IMG/VR virus record: IMGVR_UViG_3300021960_006131
Span: 26,504 to 90,503 of that record
DNA: 64,000 bases
Source of the DNA: a virus
Direction: 5' to 3' (one strand)
A program made the position numbers and the translations under genes. The notes under the pieces were generated by a model. That model had not been told where the DNA came from. It ran no database searches and saw nothing but the letters and a program-made list of their open reading frames with translations. Position 1 is the stretch's first letter; every line of letters starts with the position of its first letter. Below, in pieces: positions 8,450 through 18,007 of the stretch.

Positions 8450-9982
8450 TTATAGCAATGCGTCTGCTTCTTTACAAATATTCCACCAGTCTTCCATTTC
8501 AGAAAATGTTGCTAAGAAATCTGTGTTTCTTCTAGTGTCGTGTTGCGTAAAGAATTTGTAAAAATTTGCTCTTGCTTTTGTTAGTTCTTCTTGTGACATT
8601 TTACGGCCTTCCTTCATCCAGGCCAAATTACGTCTTACTTTGTCTATTTCAAAATCTTTAAAACCTCTATAGTCTATATTTACTTCATCTGCTTGATTTA
8701 ACTCCATAAAAGCAATACATTCTTCTAAATAGTCTTCATAATGCTGTGGCATCACTTGTATGCATTGCCATAATGGTGCTCTTAATAACGGTATATCAAA
8801 CCATATTCTCTGCTTAGGTCTTATTTCATAATCACAATGTTTATGTCCGCCGTTGTCTGGTACAGGAATATATTTTGTTCCTTGTACATCTTTAGCATAT
8901 TGATCTCTAAGTTCTAAAATCCATTGTAGATATTCTTTTAAACTTGTCATACTCAGCGAATTAAATGTGTTAATAAAAGTTATTGTTGTATTATCAGTTT
9001 CACTTAATATTCGCTGTACGTTGTTTTGTAGCATTTTAAAATCCATACCGTTACGCATATATTCTGCTTGTGGACCAAACCCATCGACACTTACAAATAC
9101 TGCGAAGTTCTTACATGCTGGTGCTACATACCAGTTATTCCCTGAGTTTGGATTAAACTTTTCCGGGTCCTCCCATATTTGTATCTCTTCTAATTTCTGT
9201 AGCGATTCGATGAATTTGTCCATTAACACCGGCTTAGGTGGACACATATTCGATGTTACACTCATTTCAAGCCAAGCATTTGGATTAGTATATACATAGT
9301 CTAATACTTTAAATGTATTACTATCCATTAATGGTTCGCCCCCTGTCATACGAAAAACTTCTAGGTTTTTATATAACTCAGGCCACCATTTCCAAAATGC
9401 AGTAACGTATGGATTGTCTGCTTGTGATAGTTTAGCAGGCATTAAACCACCTCTGTCTAAACTTTCTATATTATTATGTTCCCCATCAACAATTTGATAA
9501 GGTCCGTGTTCTTTGATTTCTTTTTCCCAACTGTTTGACAAATGCGGCGAGCAGTAACTACATTTTAAATTACATGCTTGGTTAAAGTTTACTTCTACAT
9601 AACGCGGATTTATATTTCCGTCTGCACCTGCTTCTGCTATTTCTTCTCTGGCGTTTTGTGCCCAGTATTCACCACTACGATAAACTCTATCACTTCTACC
9701 GCCTACATCTTCTATACGCCAGCAGTAACTACAACCTTCAGGTCGTTCACCTGCTAACATTAGAGCACGTTGCTCTTTCTTTTCTTTTGTGTTATGTAGT
9801 GCTGAAGGATTATCAGCAAGTTCTTCTAAATTTATTTTATGTGTTGGCGGATGATAGCAACTATGTGTCATGCCGTTTGTAAGGTGCATAGAAACCTGAG
9901 TCCACTTTGCGTAACACATTGTTTCGCTTATGGCATCTAATTGTTCCTTGGCCTTGTCTGCGGCTTGATCGTAATTACTCAT
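8450..9982 (-). CDS. Radical SAM protein (paralog of 6754-8439)
   Basis: CNLKCSYC, TGGEPL, MCYAKW...SCYHP...GCSYCW, and VSVDG. Confidence 0.92.
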   Translation of the reverse strand: MSNYDQAADKAKEQLDAISETMCYAKWTQVSMHLTNGMTHSCYHPPTHKINLEELADNPSALHNTKEKKEQRALMLAGERPEGCSYCWRIEDVGGRSDRVYRSGEYWAQNAREEIAEAGADGNINPRYVEVNFNQACNLKCSYCSPHLSNSWEKEIKEHGPYQIVDGEHNNIESLDRGGLMPAKLSQADNPYVTAFWKWWPELYKNLEVFRMTGGEPLMDSNTFKVLDYVYTNPNAWLEMSVTSNMCPPKPVLMDKFIESLQKLEEIQIWEDPEKFNPNSGNNWYVAPACKNFAVFVSVDGFGPQAEYMRNGMDFKMLQNNVQRILSETDNTTITFINTFNSLSMTSLKEYLQWILELRDQYAKDVQGTKYIPVPDNGGHKHCDYEIRPKQRIWFDIPLLRAPLWQCIQVMPQHYEDYLEECIAFMELNQADEVNIDYRGFKDFEIDKVRRNLAWMKEGRKMSQEELTKARANFYKFFTQHDTRRNTDFLATFSEMEDWWNICKEADALL

Positions 9983-10578
9983 CTTTGTAAATTTACTACT
10001 TCTTTACCTATTGTAAGATCTATTAGTTTTAAATCTGTTCTATTTGTAATTAATTCTACAACACGTTTTGCATAGTCTGTAATGTTAGTGGCATCAATAC
10101 CGCTAGGACTTACACAGAACGCATTACACACGTTGCTAGACGCACTATATACTAATTGTTGCATCATACTTCTTAATACTGCATACATTACAAACTGTTT
10201 ATCCTGTTGTGGCCATGCTGTTATTGAACTGCTTACACCACAAATTGTTATTTCTTTACTGCTATTTTCTAACCATTTTATTAACTTTGTAAAAAATAAA
10301 AACAATGGTGTATAATTAAAAAACATACTTGACATTTGTTGTAAAGTTATATTACTATAATTCTTATTATCTATTACTAATGCAATTTGTTCTTCTATGT
10401 TTGCATTTATTACAATTATATCAGGTACTACTTTACCATCTATAAACTTATCAAAGTCTGCATAATCAACATTATCTCTACCAAAGCCATATGTACTAAT
10501 ATCTTGTTCTTTAAGTTTCTTAATAATATTACCTGCGAAATCAGACGACTTTCCAAACACCCATGCTAATTTTCTCAT
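9979..10578 (-). CDS. Degenerate short-chain dehydrogenase/reductase (Rossmann fold) protein
   Basis: VFGKSSDFAG in place of TGxxxGxG, INAN, GVSS, YAVLR in place of YxxxK, and VSPSG. Confidence 0.55.
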   Translation of the reverse strand: MRKLAWVFGKSSDFAGNIIKKLKEQDISTYGFGRDNVDYADFDKFIDGKVVPDIIVINANIEEQIALVIDNKNYSNITLQQMSSMFFNYTPLFLFFTKLIKWLENSSKEITICGVSSSITAWPQQDKQFVMYAVLRSMMQQLVYSASSNVCNAFCVSPSGIDATNITDYAKRVVELITNRTDLKLIDLTIGKEVVNLQR

Positions 10579-11537
10579 GTACCTATCAATCCTTTTTCTA
10601 ATAGGTCTTGTATTTGTCGCTCAGTGATCATTGCACCCCATCTTTTTGGGTTTACAAATGTTGCTTTGAAAAATTTACTCATTTGATCGTTGGGTTCGAA
10701 CAGCATCATACCTTGAACTTCTTCATTGATTTCTTCTCCTAGTTCATTAACAAGTTGTTTTAGATGTTCATTGCTTTCTATATTGTTTTTTGTTTCTTCA
10801 AAAAAGCCTTTGAACCAATCGTAATCTGATATCTGATTAGTATTCCAGTTACTTAAAACTGTCATCTTACAACCTAGTCTTGCTCCATAGATTGCCCACC
10901 AACCATTGTCTACGTCTGTGCCAACATTACACCAAACATTTAATCTGTTAAAGTTACCATACCATATCTTATCTTGGAACACATGAGGTGATACTCTTGC
11001 GCCTTGGTCTAAACTTAGTTTAACACCTTCCCTAAAGCCGGCTCTAAAGGCTTGGAATGGACTAGCAGTTTGATGTACTTCTGAGAATATATCATTCATT
11101 TGTATGTAGTTAAGTTTCCAACAAAACTCCATACCTTCGCCATCTGTTGCGGCTTCGTGTGTATTGATACTTTTTGTATATTCTTTAGGCCAGCACTTTA
11201 ATCCGCCGTTGCCGTATACTAATCCATTTAATAAATTTTTAGCATTCCAACTGAAGATACTTTCTGATATATCGTTACCATCATGATCTTTTTCTGGAAA
11301 CTCTAGTTCCTGATTAAAGAATTCATCCATAACAATGTTGTCACCGTCTACTGTGATAAAACGATCTGTTTCTGATTGATTGGCACATTCTTTGTGTGCG
11401 GCATCAAAGCCTTTAACTCCGTGTACACGTTTTGCCCACGGTACTTTGTTTAGTAGGTCTGCCCAGTTTTCTTCACAGTTGGGTTCATCGTATGAAATAT
11501 AAAATATGTCTAATTCTGTGACGTCTATTTTTGCCAT
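10575..11537 (-). CDS. Glycosyltransferase-like (GT-A) protein
   Basis: DIFYISYDE...VHGVKGFDAAHK...FITVDGD (DxD)...YGNGGLK...AFRAGFREGVKL; homologous to the last module of 745-3789. Confidence 0.72.
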   Translation of the reverse strand: MAKIDVTELDIFYISYDEPNCEENWADLLNKVPWAKRVHGVKGFDAAHKECANQSETDRFITVDGDNIVMDEFFNQELEFPEKDHDGNDISESIFSWNAKNLLNGLVYGNGGLKCWPKEYTKSINTHEAATDGEGMEFCWKLNYIQMNDIFSEVHQTASPFQAFRAGFREGVKLSLDQGARVSPHVFQDKIWYGNFNRLNVWCNVGTDVDNGWWAIYGARLGCKMTVLSNWNTNQISDYDWFKGFFEETKNNIESNEHLKQLVNELGEEINEEVQGMMLFEPNDQMSKFFKATFVNPKRWGAMITERQIQDLLEKGLIGT

Positions 11538-11561
11538 ATGTGTGTCCTAATAATATACACA

Positions 11562-11569
11562 TATTTATC
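11562..11569 (-). promoter_or_regulatory. Late promoter GATAAATA
   Basis: Intergenic T4-late-like TAAATA core, followed by a TAGGA SD and the ATG at 11537. Confidence 0.7.
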
Positions 11570-11586
11570 TTTAATTTAGTTAGGGG

Positions 11587-12204
11587 TTAGGCGACTCTGA
11601 TATACTTATCAAATATTTTTCTGGTATAAATGCTTTTATCTGAACAGTCATGATTGATTTTAAATTCTAATTCTTTATTTTTGAATAAATCTGGTAATGA
11701 TATTTCTATGCTATCATATAAAAAATGCGGATCATCGATGCTGGTAATATACAATGCCATCCTTTGTTCACCTTTAAATGAAAAGTTATCTATATCAACA
11801 TTATTTGTAATATTAGTATGTAGTTTATCACTGAGTGTTACAATTACTTTATTTTTTAATCCTTGTATTTTTACGTCAAACTCTGTGTTATCAGACAGTC
11901 TTATTTGTGTTAGCATCTTTGATGCTGATTTAAACTTTTCTAGTTCTATTACTTTGGTAACAAAAGAATATACTCCTTCCTCATTGGGATTAGTTAATAC
12001 TAAAAAATCATTAACAGTTTTATTATTTTTTGGATCTTCAAATATTTTACACTGATCATATGTAAATACCGCATGGTTATATTCTAAGTAATCATCAGAT
12101 TCTGCTCTTCCATAATAAGAAATAGCACCGCTGTCGTCAAAATACACGTGACGATCACTTTGCTGTTGGGCCTTTCTAGCCTTTTCTAAGTCCTCTAACT
12201 TCAT
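11587..12204 (-). CDS. Hypothetical protein
   Basis: 205-aa ORF overlapping the upstream gene; no recognisable motif. Confidence 0.75.
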   Translation of the reverse strand: MKLEDLEKARKAQQQSDRHVYFDDSGAISYYGRAESDDYLEYNHAVFTYDQCKIFEDPKNNKTVNDFLVLTNPNEEGVYSFVTKVIELEKFKSASKMLTQIRLSDNTEFDVKIQGLKNKVIVTLSDKLHTNITNNVDIDNFSFKGEQRMALYITSIDDPHFLYDSIEISLPDLFKNKELEFKINHDCSDKSIYTRKIFDKYIRVA

Positions 12205-13054
12205 CTTCTAATGTCTCTATAATATTATTTGTTAACCATTCTTTATCTACATAATGAAACGGATAGTGTTGTTGAAAGTTTCCTACTTTAAAATTGGATA
12301 CACTACTAAAATAGGTAGGTATGCTCAGTGTCCATTTTTCATCTAACAATGAACCACCTGGCAGATCCTGTATAAAACTTTTCATGTGAGTAAATGTAGG
12401 CATATCTGTTAAATCGTCTACTGTTGTTTCGCTTTCTAATCCTAATAGTTGTATTGCTAATGCATACACAACATCAGCACTTAACTTATTAGGCTTACCA
12501 TTTGGCATGTATTTAAAATAAAACCTTTGCCAATTTTCAAATATCAACTGAATCATCTTAAAAAGTTCACTTGCTGTTTCTGATTTTTTAAAATAAAAGA
12601 ATGCTGTATATATGTTTGGCATATTATTTTTAATAAAGTATTCTCTATAATATTTATTGCTAGGGTCTGCTGGTTCTCCCCTATATGTTTTAATATTTGT
12701 AGTTGCCCATACATCTTTTTCTTCTAATATATCCCACCAATGACTAACATCAGTAGGAAAAATCATATCAGCATCTAGTATGACTGTTTCATCGTATGGC
12801 GTCATATAATAGTATTTCCATTTGTTATCTATTTTCCAATCTGCATCTGCGGCATCATCCTTCCATGGAATCTCTATTACCTTATCAAAAACTTTTTTAT
12901 ATTTTTCTGGTACTGTACTTTTATCTTCTACACATACTGCTAGGTTACTTACTTTTGATTGTGTGATCTTTAAACTTAATGCAAGAGCATAAGCCATTCT
13001 TAGATAATTAGTATCTGCAGAATTTTGTGCAATAACAATATAACCTTTAGACAT
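12176..13054 (-). CDS. GT-A fold nucleotide-sugar transferase-like protein (GT8-like)
   Basis: TPYDETVILDADM (DxD), YTAFFYFKK and C-terminal FHY; paralog of 13825-14706. Confidence 0.72.
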   Translation of the reverse strand: MSKGYIVIAQNSADTNYLRMAYALALSLKITQSKVSNLAVCVEDKSTVPEKYKKVFDKVIEIPWKDDAADADWKIDNKWKYYYMTPYDETVILDADMIFPTDVSHWWDILEEKDVWATTNIKTYRGEPADPSNKYYREYFIKNNMPNIYTAFFYFKKSETASELFKMIQLIFENWQRFYFKYMPNGKPNKLSADVVYALAIQLLGLESETTVDDLTDMPTFTHMKSFIQDLPGGSLLDEKWTLSIPTYFSSVSNFKVGNFQQHYPFHYVDKEWLTNNIIETLEDEVRGLRKG

Positions 13055-13832
13055 TTTCTAGCCTCGGTTTGATATGTTCTTCAAAATACATTCTATACCC
13101 TTTTTCGTTTGGGTGATTTTGATAATCATCTTCGCTCCAGACATCGCTATCAAGTTCTTCATATTTTATTACTTCTTGTTGTATGCCTGGTAGATCAATA
13201 CAATCTTTGATTTGATCTGTTAAATGTGTATACATCCATTTATGCTCAGGATTCAACACTTTTTGTCTATGCTTTTCATTTATCCATATAAACATAACTT
13301 TTATATTATGTTTTTCACAAAAAGATTTTACCAAATTATATAATGTTAATGTATTAAGTATGTCTGTGTATTCGTGTTGTAAATTTACATAATATTGAGT
13401 AGATAAATGATATAGTTCTGGAAATTCTTTCTCAACATCTTGATGCGAATGCCACGGAGCAATAGATACCCAGCCATTGTCTTCTATAGAAACTGCATCA
13501 TAATCTGTAAAACTTCTAGGGGTAATAACTCTCTCCCCCAAAAATAAATTTGGACTATCTGGAATCATTTCGCGGCTAGATAAAAAAGCATATCTATGGA
13601 TCATTGTCCATTGCACTATTCCAAATATGTCTTCTGGTAAAACACCTGAGTCTAGTTTTTGTTTTACATGATTCATAAATGTATGTGCAATAAATTGATT
13701 ACCGCATCCACCTACACCTAGTGGTATTAATTCTCTACCCAAATGTTCTGCAACAAAGTCATTCCACATTTTATGCGGTGTGGATATTGTGTCACTAAAA
13801 CTACAACCAGATGATATAAAATACTTAGGCAT
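13047..13832 (-). CDS. SGNH/GDSL hydrolase-like protein
   Basis: GCSFS (block I), GxGN (block II) and HPNEKG (block V). ATG at 13832 has a GGAG SD. Confidence 0.7.
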   Translation of the reverse strand: MPKYFISSGCSFSDTISTPHKMWNDFVAEHLGRELIPLGVGGCGNQFIAHTFMNHVKQKLDSGVLPEDIFGIVQWTMIHRYAFLSSREMIPDSPNLFLGERVITPRSFTDYDAVSIEDNGWVSIAPWHSHQDVEKEFPELYHLSTQYYVNLQHEYTDILNTLTLYNLVKSFCEKHNIKVMFIWINEKHRQKVLNPEHKWMYTHLTDQIKDCIDLPGIQQEVIKYEELDSDVWSEDDYQNHPNEKGYRMYFEEHIKPRLENV

Positions 13833-14706
13833 TATATATCTCCAGTAATTTATCTGCATGTCTTTGAAGTGCCCACTTATTCATAATGTGTAAGTCTACA
13901 TCTTTCCATCTGCTTAGTTGAAAATCTGCATTTGATTTAGGTTTTTCTAAAAACATTGTGATATCATTTACAGCATTCACTTCATGTATATCATCCCAAT
14001 CAAATGTTTTATACATTTTTTCTATGGGTAATTGTTGTTGTGCTTCACTTTTAAATCCATTCATAACATGAGCGGCAACACTAAAACTGTAATCGTTTCT
14101 GTAAAGCATGCCTGGTATTTCATATAAGTCTTTATAGTAGTTCCAATTTTCTTTTACGTCTTTTACTACATTAAAAAAACTTTCTACATATGGCGTCTTT
14201 TTAAAATACACAACTGTTGCCCAATACATTGATATACCAAAATCGCTTATTCTTTTATATGATTCTGATCTACCAAATTGTATATCTTGCACATCTCTGT
14301 GTAGCATAATATCGTTTTTATGATCCCAACAAGCATTTAAACTGTCGCTGAGTACTAAGTAATCTACATCCATTACTATGGTTTCGTCATAAGGTGATAT
14401 ATCATATGCATCGCATCTGTTAGCATTGTAGAATGGTAATACTTTTACACTATGATTAGTGTCTCTATAATTGCGATGATTTTTTGCTTTGAAGTCTAAA
14501 TCTTTTTCAGCAATAATTATATTATCAATATAATCTTCTACTTTGATATTTTTAGATGTGTAGTCATACGAGTTTTGATCAGTAACTACTGTAATGCTAT
14601 GCTTACCAAGATTGTATCTAATCATACTTGCTGTTACACAGGCAAGTTTTAAATACTCAATCTCTTCATTGTTATGAGCGTATAATAAAAATCCTTTAGT
14701 CGTCAT
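13825..14706 (-). CDS. GT-A fold nucleotide-sugar transferase-like protein
   Basis: SPYDETIVMDVDY (DxD), WATVVYFKK, RNDYSFS and HIMNK. Confidence 0.72.
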   Translation of the reverse strand: MTTKGFLLYAHNNEEIEYLKLACVTASMIRYNLGKHSITVVTDQNSYDYTSKNIKVEDYIDNIIIAEKDLDFKAKNHRNYRDTNHSVKVLPFYNANRCDAYDISPYDETIVMDVDYLVLSDSLNACWDHKNDIMLHRDVQDIQFGRSESYKRISDFGISMYWATVVYFKKTPYVESFFNVVKDVKENWNYYKDLYEIPGMLYRNDYSFSVAAHVMNGFKSEAQQQLPIEKMYKTFDWDDIHEVNAVNDITMFLEKPKSNADFQLSRWKDVDLHIMNKWALQRHADKLLEIYNA

Positions 14707-15058
14707 CGAGATCTATGTCTATTAGTTTATGGACCTTGCGAGCCTTTCTTAACTTGACATATTCTGCATGATAATCATTTGTCACTTCAAAGTATCTACT
14801 CAACAGTTCATCTAAAAATGCTGATAGGTCTTCTATTTGTATAGGGTTTTCGTAGTTGTCTATTAAGACACTTTCGTTATACTCTTTTTCAATTAGTGTA
14901 TTTACAAATGTTATTAGTTCTTGTGATACTGTAAATGTACCACCATTTGTAGAAAGGATAAGCCTCGTTTGAGTTTTGGATCTCAAAGAGGCTATCTGAT
15001 TATTTAATGTTTGCCGATAATTGGCGAATTCTAATGCTTTGGTAAGTCGCTCACTCAT
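14696..15058 (-). CDS. Hypothetical protein
   Basis: 120-aa ORF with a CAGGA SD and late motifs upstream. Confidence 0.8.
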   Translation of the reverse strand: MSERLTKALEFANYRQTLNNQIASLRSKTQTRLILSTNGGTFTVSQELITFVNTLIEKEYNESVLIDNYENPIQIEDLSAFLDELLSRYFEVTNDYHAEYVKLRKARKVHKLIDIDLDDD

Positions 15059-15077
15059 ACAAGTCCTGTGTTGTGTA

Positions 15078-15095
15078 TATTTACAAACTATTTAT
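15078..15095 (-). promoter_or_regulatory. Tandem late promoter motifs (ATAAATA and GTAAATA)
   Basis: The minus strand reads ATAAATAgtttGTAAATA upstream of the gene starting at 15058. Confidence 0.55.
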
Positions 15096-15097
15096 TA

Positions 15098-15994
15098 TTA
15101 TAAATCTGAGTTTGTAGTATAAGTCGGTGTAGCAACTACAACACTATAACCATTTGGCAATGTTCCACTATTAGGTCTATACTGTCCAGAAACACTTGTT
15201 AATGTTCCGTCAACACTATCAAAATATCCTCTACCTGTATGTGAATCACCAAATGTGATTAAAAATCTCAATACAGTTGAACTATCTGCTCTTGCTTGAA
15301 TAGAATAATAGTTAGTTGAGTATGACCCAGAACCTGCTTTAGTATATATAGTTTGGTATGTTGTTGTTAAATCATTATTACCAATACTTGTAGTAGTTCC
15401 TGAACTTGCAGTAGTTTGAGTATAATTCATTTTAATTGTACCCATAGCACTTAACATGTTGGTCCAGTCTGTGTTCTGATCAGTAGTTGAACCACCACTT
15501 CTACTTGCTGTAAAATATAAACTTCCGCCTGCATTAAAAAATGCATTTCTAATTGCGGCACTTCCAAAAGTAACAGTAACATCATGAGTAACTGTAGTAC
15601 TCCATGCGGCTGTTCTAGTACTAGTGTCTTTTGCTTCTTGCGACAAGTATGACGCATCAGCAGTTAACCTAGCATTATATCCGTTAGTTATTGTAGATTG
15701 TATATTATTTAAATCTGTGTCTTGAATTAGTGCGGCATTACTAACGTCTGAAACGTTGTTACTTGCACCTGTATAAACTGCAATATCCTGAGCGGCATTA
15801 ATTATGTCATTAGTGTTTGTGTCGGTAATTGTTGCACCGGCGGCTGGATTATGAACACTCCAACTTTGACCCCAACCTTCGTTTGAGCCACCTGGAGTAC
15901 CAGTTATTAATAAAATATTATTCCTTGCAACGTCCCAATCAGCGGCGGTTATTGTTGAACCTGCTGATCTATTCGTCATGGTTGATAATGCCAT
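15098..15994 (-). CDS. Putative virion structural (tail/fibre-associated) protein
   Basis: S/T/G/N-rich, predicted beta-rich, repeated (G)xxITAADW/ITDTN/IQDTD motif; late promoter and AGGAG SD; next to fibre genes. Confidence 0.65.
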   Translation of the reverse strand: MALSTMTNRSAGSTITAADWDVARNNILLITGTPGGSNEGWGQSWSVHNPAAGATITDTNTNDIINAAQDIAVYTGASNNVSDVSNAALIQDTDLNNIQSTITNGYNARLTADASYLSQEAKDTSTRTAAWSTTVTHDVTVTFGSAAIRNAFFNAGGSLYFTASRSGGSTTDQNTDWTNMLSAMGTIKMNYTQTTASSGTTTSIGNNDLTTTYQTIYTKAGSGSYSTNYYSIQARADSSTVLRFLITFGDSHTGRGYFDSVDGTLTSVSGQYRPNSGTLPNGYSVVVATPTYTTNSDL

Positions 15995-16048
15995 TGTTTT
16001 CTCCTAAATCGATTTAGTTGTTACCTTGCGATAACATTTTGTACAAAT

Positions 16049-16057
16049 GTATTTATC
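16049..16057 (-). promoter_or_regulatory. Late promoter GATAAATAC
   Basis: Intergenic, upstream of the gene starting at 15994. Confidence 0.7.
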
Positions 16058-16069
16058 AAAAATAAGTGA

Positions 16070-18007
16070 TTATGTGTCTTGAGTAAACCTTTTTGTCCAC
16101 AAAGTAAGACTGTATTTAACGCCTTCTTCTAGCGGTTCACACACATGAGGATGTGTAACTTGCCCAGGCCACATCAGCATTAAACCTCTTGTAATGTGCC
16201 TGTTTGTAAAATGCTGTCTAGGAAATGTTAATTCAGCACCTTGATAGTTATCATTTAATTTAACACTACCGCTGACCATACTAGCATCATTATGTAATGC
16301 TAATTCTGTTTGTGTATCTAGGCTATATCGCATAGCAAAGAAGTCTCTTATACCGTACATACTCATAGGTGGCCAATATGCTTCTAATTGCGGCCATATG
16401 TTTTTGGTTAAATGGTTTTCTAAATGTTTATATAAATTTGGACATAATTTATTAATTCTAATTTCTTGAGCCGGATAAGCATCATCAGGTCGTGGTGCCC
16501 AACCACCTGCTTCGTCACATGCTCCAATTAAATCGTCGCACATCTGCGGTGTCATGTATTCAAATGCTACAATATCATCTGCTACAGTCCATATTTTATT
16601 ATACTTTGCTAGATTTATAGGTACAACACTACCTTTATTCATTATTTGATTGACTAGTGATCTATATGCTGTTTTATCATCAGGACCACCATTGCCATGC
16701 AATACACAACTGTAGCAACCTGTTTCAGAATTATAAACTTGATTATTATTGCTTACACTTAATGAGTTTGCTGTACCACTTACACATTGAAATATATAAT
16801 TCTCTACATCTAATTTAATATTAAATTTACCACTTAAAAACAATTTTTGATAATACAGTTGATCGTCATCTTTCTTTTTAATGTCTGTTCTAAGCATTTC
16901 TTTTAAAACAACTGCTCTACCTATAAAACCACCACTATTTAAAAATCTATTTCTGGTATGAACTTTTGGAAATTGATCTGCTATACTATCATCTGGCCAT
17001 ATAAGTGGTTCAGCACCAAATACTACATCAGCACCAAACTGTTTAAATCTTTTAACTAATTCTTGTTCGTTATCGTTAATGATGACATCATACCCGTCTA
17101 CAAACATTACTATATCATGGTCGTCAACATTACGCAATCTACTTCTAAGATAATGAACTTTGTGTCCGCCACCGGGACCATCTGCCATTACACCGCCTTC
17201 CCATGGCTCACCTACGCCTAACATTTCTAATTTTACATCGTGTGTTTTACAACTATTGATTAAGTCTTCTGCTTTTAAACTTTCAGTTGCTACAGTGAAT
17301 ACTTTAAACTCTTTCCATTCTTTAAATGTAATAGCAGTTTCAGTGTCTGTTTTTCCTATCTTTGTTTCTCTAGCATACGGATGAAATACATTTGTTTTAT
17401 ATGCCAATCCTTTTAGTTTATTAAAATTTTTAAATTGTGGGTAAGTTTCTATTAGTGGGTTTGTACCTAACATCATGGGAATGTATTCATCTGCAGGTAT
17501 CATGTATTGCAATGCATCAGCATTTAAAAGTTTTTTAGCACCTTCAACACTTAAGGCATAACCGGCTGTCCAATAACAATATCCTGGTATTTCAAATAAA
17601 TCATCAAATCCCTGAGCCTTATCGTCCATGTTCCATTTTGATAGATAAACTAAATCAAATTCTTCTAATCTTTCTTTTATTTGTGTAATGTTATATGTTT
17701 CGACATTGTGATATAAATCATCTTCTAGTATAACTGCAGGTTCGTTATTTTTAACTATCTTGCCCCATGCAGTAATATGACTTAACATACAACCTACTTC
17801 GCCAGTTGTCAACGGTCTATTTTCTAAAGGATCTAACCAATTTTTGCACACTTGCATACCTTGACTTAGAACTTTACTATAGTCAACTAAGTTACCATCA
17901 ATGCCTTGAATACGTTCATAATCTGTTATTTCTAACTTTGCAAAAAGATCTAACATATTTTGATTTCGATCAGTTCGTTTATCTAAATTAATATAATAAT
18001 GTTTCAT
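16070..18007 (-). CDS. Three-domain fusion: GT25 (COLGALT-like) + PLOD-type glycosyltransferase + lysyl-hydroxylase-like 2OG-Fe(II) oxygenase
   Basis: GT25: INLDKRTDR, LTTGEVGCMLSH, LEDD, YWTAGYALS, IPADEY. PLOD-GT: TVAT, GGGHKV, MFVDGYDV, FGAE, RFLNSGGFIG, DDDQLYY, LHGNG. Hydroxylase: RYSLDTQTELALHND, PGQVTHPH, GVKY. ATG at 18007 overlaps the upstream stop as ATGA. Confidence 0.88.
   Translation of the reverse strand: MKHYYINLDKRTDRNQNMLDLFAKLEITDYERIQGIDGNLVDYSKVLSQGMQVCKNWLDPLENRPLTTGEVGCMLSHITAWGKIVKNNEPAVILEDDLYHNVETYNITQIKERLEEFDLVYLSKWNMDDKAQGFDDLFEIPGYCYWTAGYALSVEGAKKLLNADALQYMIPADEYIPMMLGTNPLIETYPQFKNFNKLKGLAYKTNVFHPYARETKIGKTDTETAITFKEWKEFKVFTVATESLKAEDLINSCKTHDVKLEMLGVGEPWEGGVMADGPGGGHKVHYLRSRLRNVDDHDIVMFVDGYDVIINDNEQELVKRFKQFGADVVFGAEPLIWPDDSIADQFPKVHTRNRFLNSGGFIGRAVVLKEMLRTDIKKKDDDQLYYQKLFLSGKFNIKLDVENYIFQCVSGTANSLSVSNNNQVYNSETGCYSCVLHGNGGPDDKTAYRSLVNQIMNKGSVVPINLAKYNKIWTVADDIVAFEYMTPQMCDDLIGACDEAGGWAPRPDDAYPAQEIRINKLCPNLYKHLENHLTKNIWPQLEAYWPPMSMYGIRDFFAMRYSLDTQTELALHNDASMVSGSVKLNDNYQGAELTFPRQHFTNRHITRGLMLMWPGQVTHPHVCEPLEEGVKYSLTLWTKRFTQDT

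Noticed and set aside
16034-16050. Palindrome TTTGTACAAA in a late leader, and AAAATAT-C-ATATTTT near 52583-52598, as terminators or operators
   Set aside because: AT-only short inverted repeats are expected by chance at this composition; no GC stem with a U-tract.
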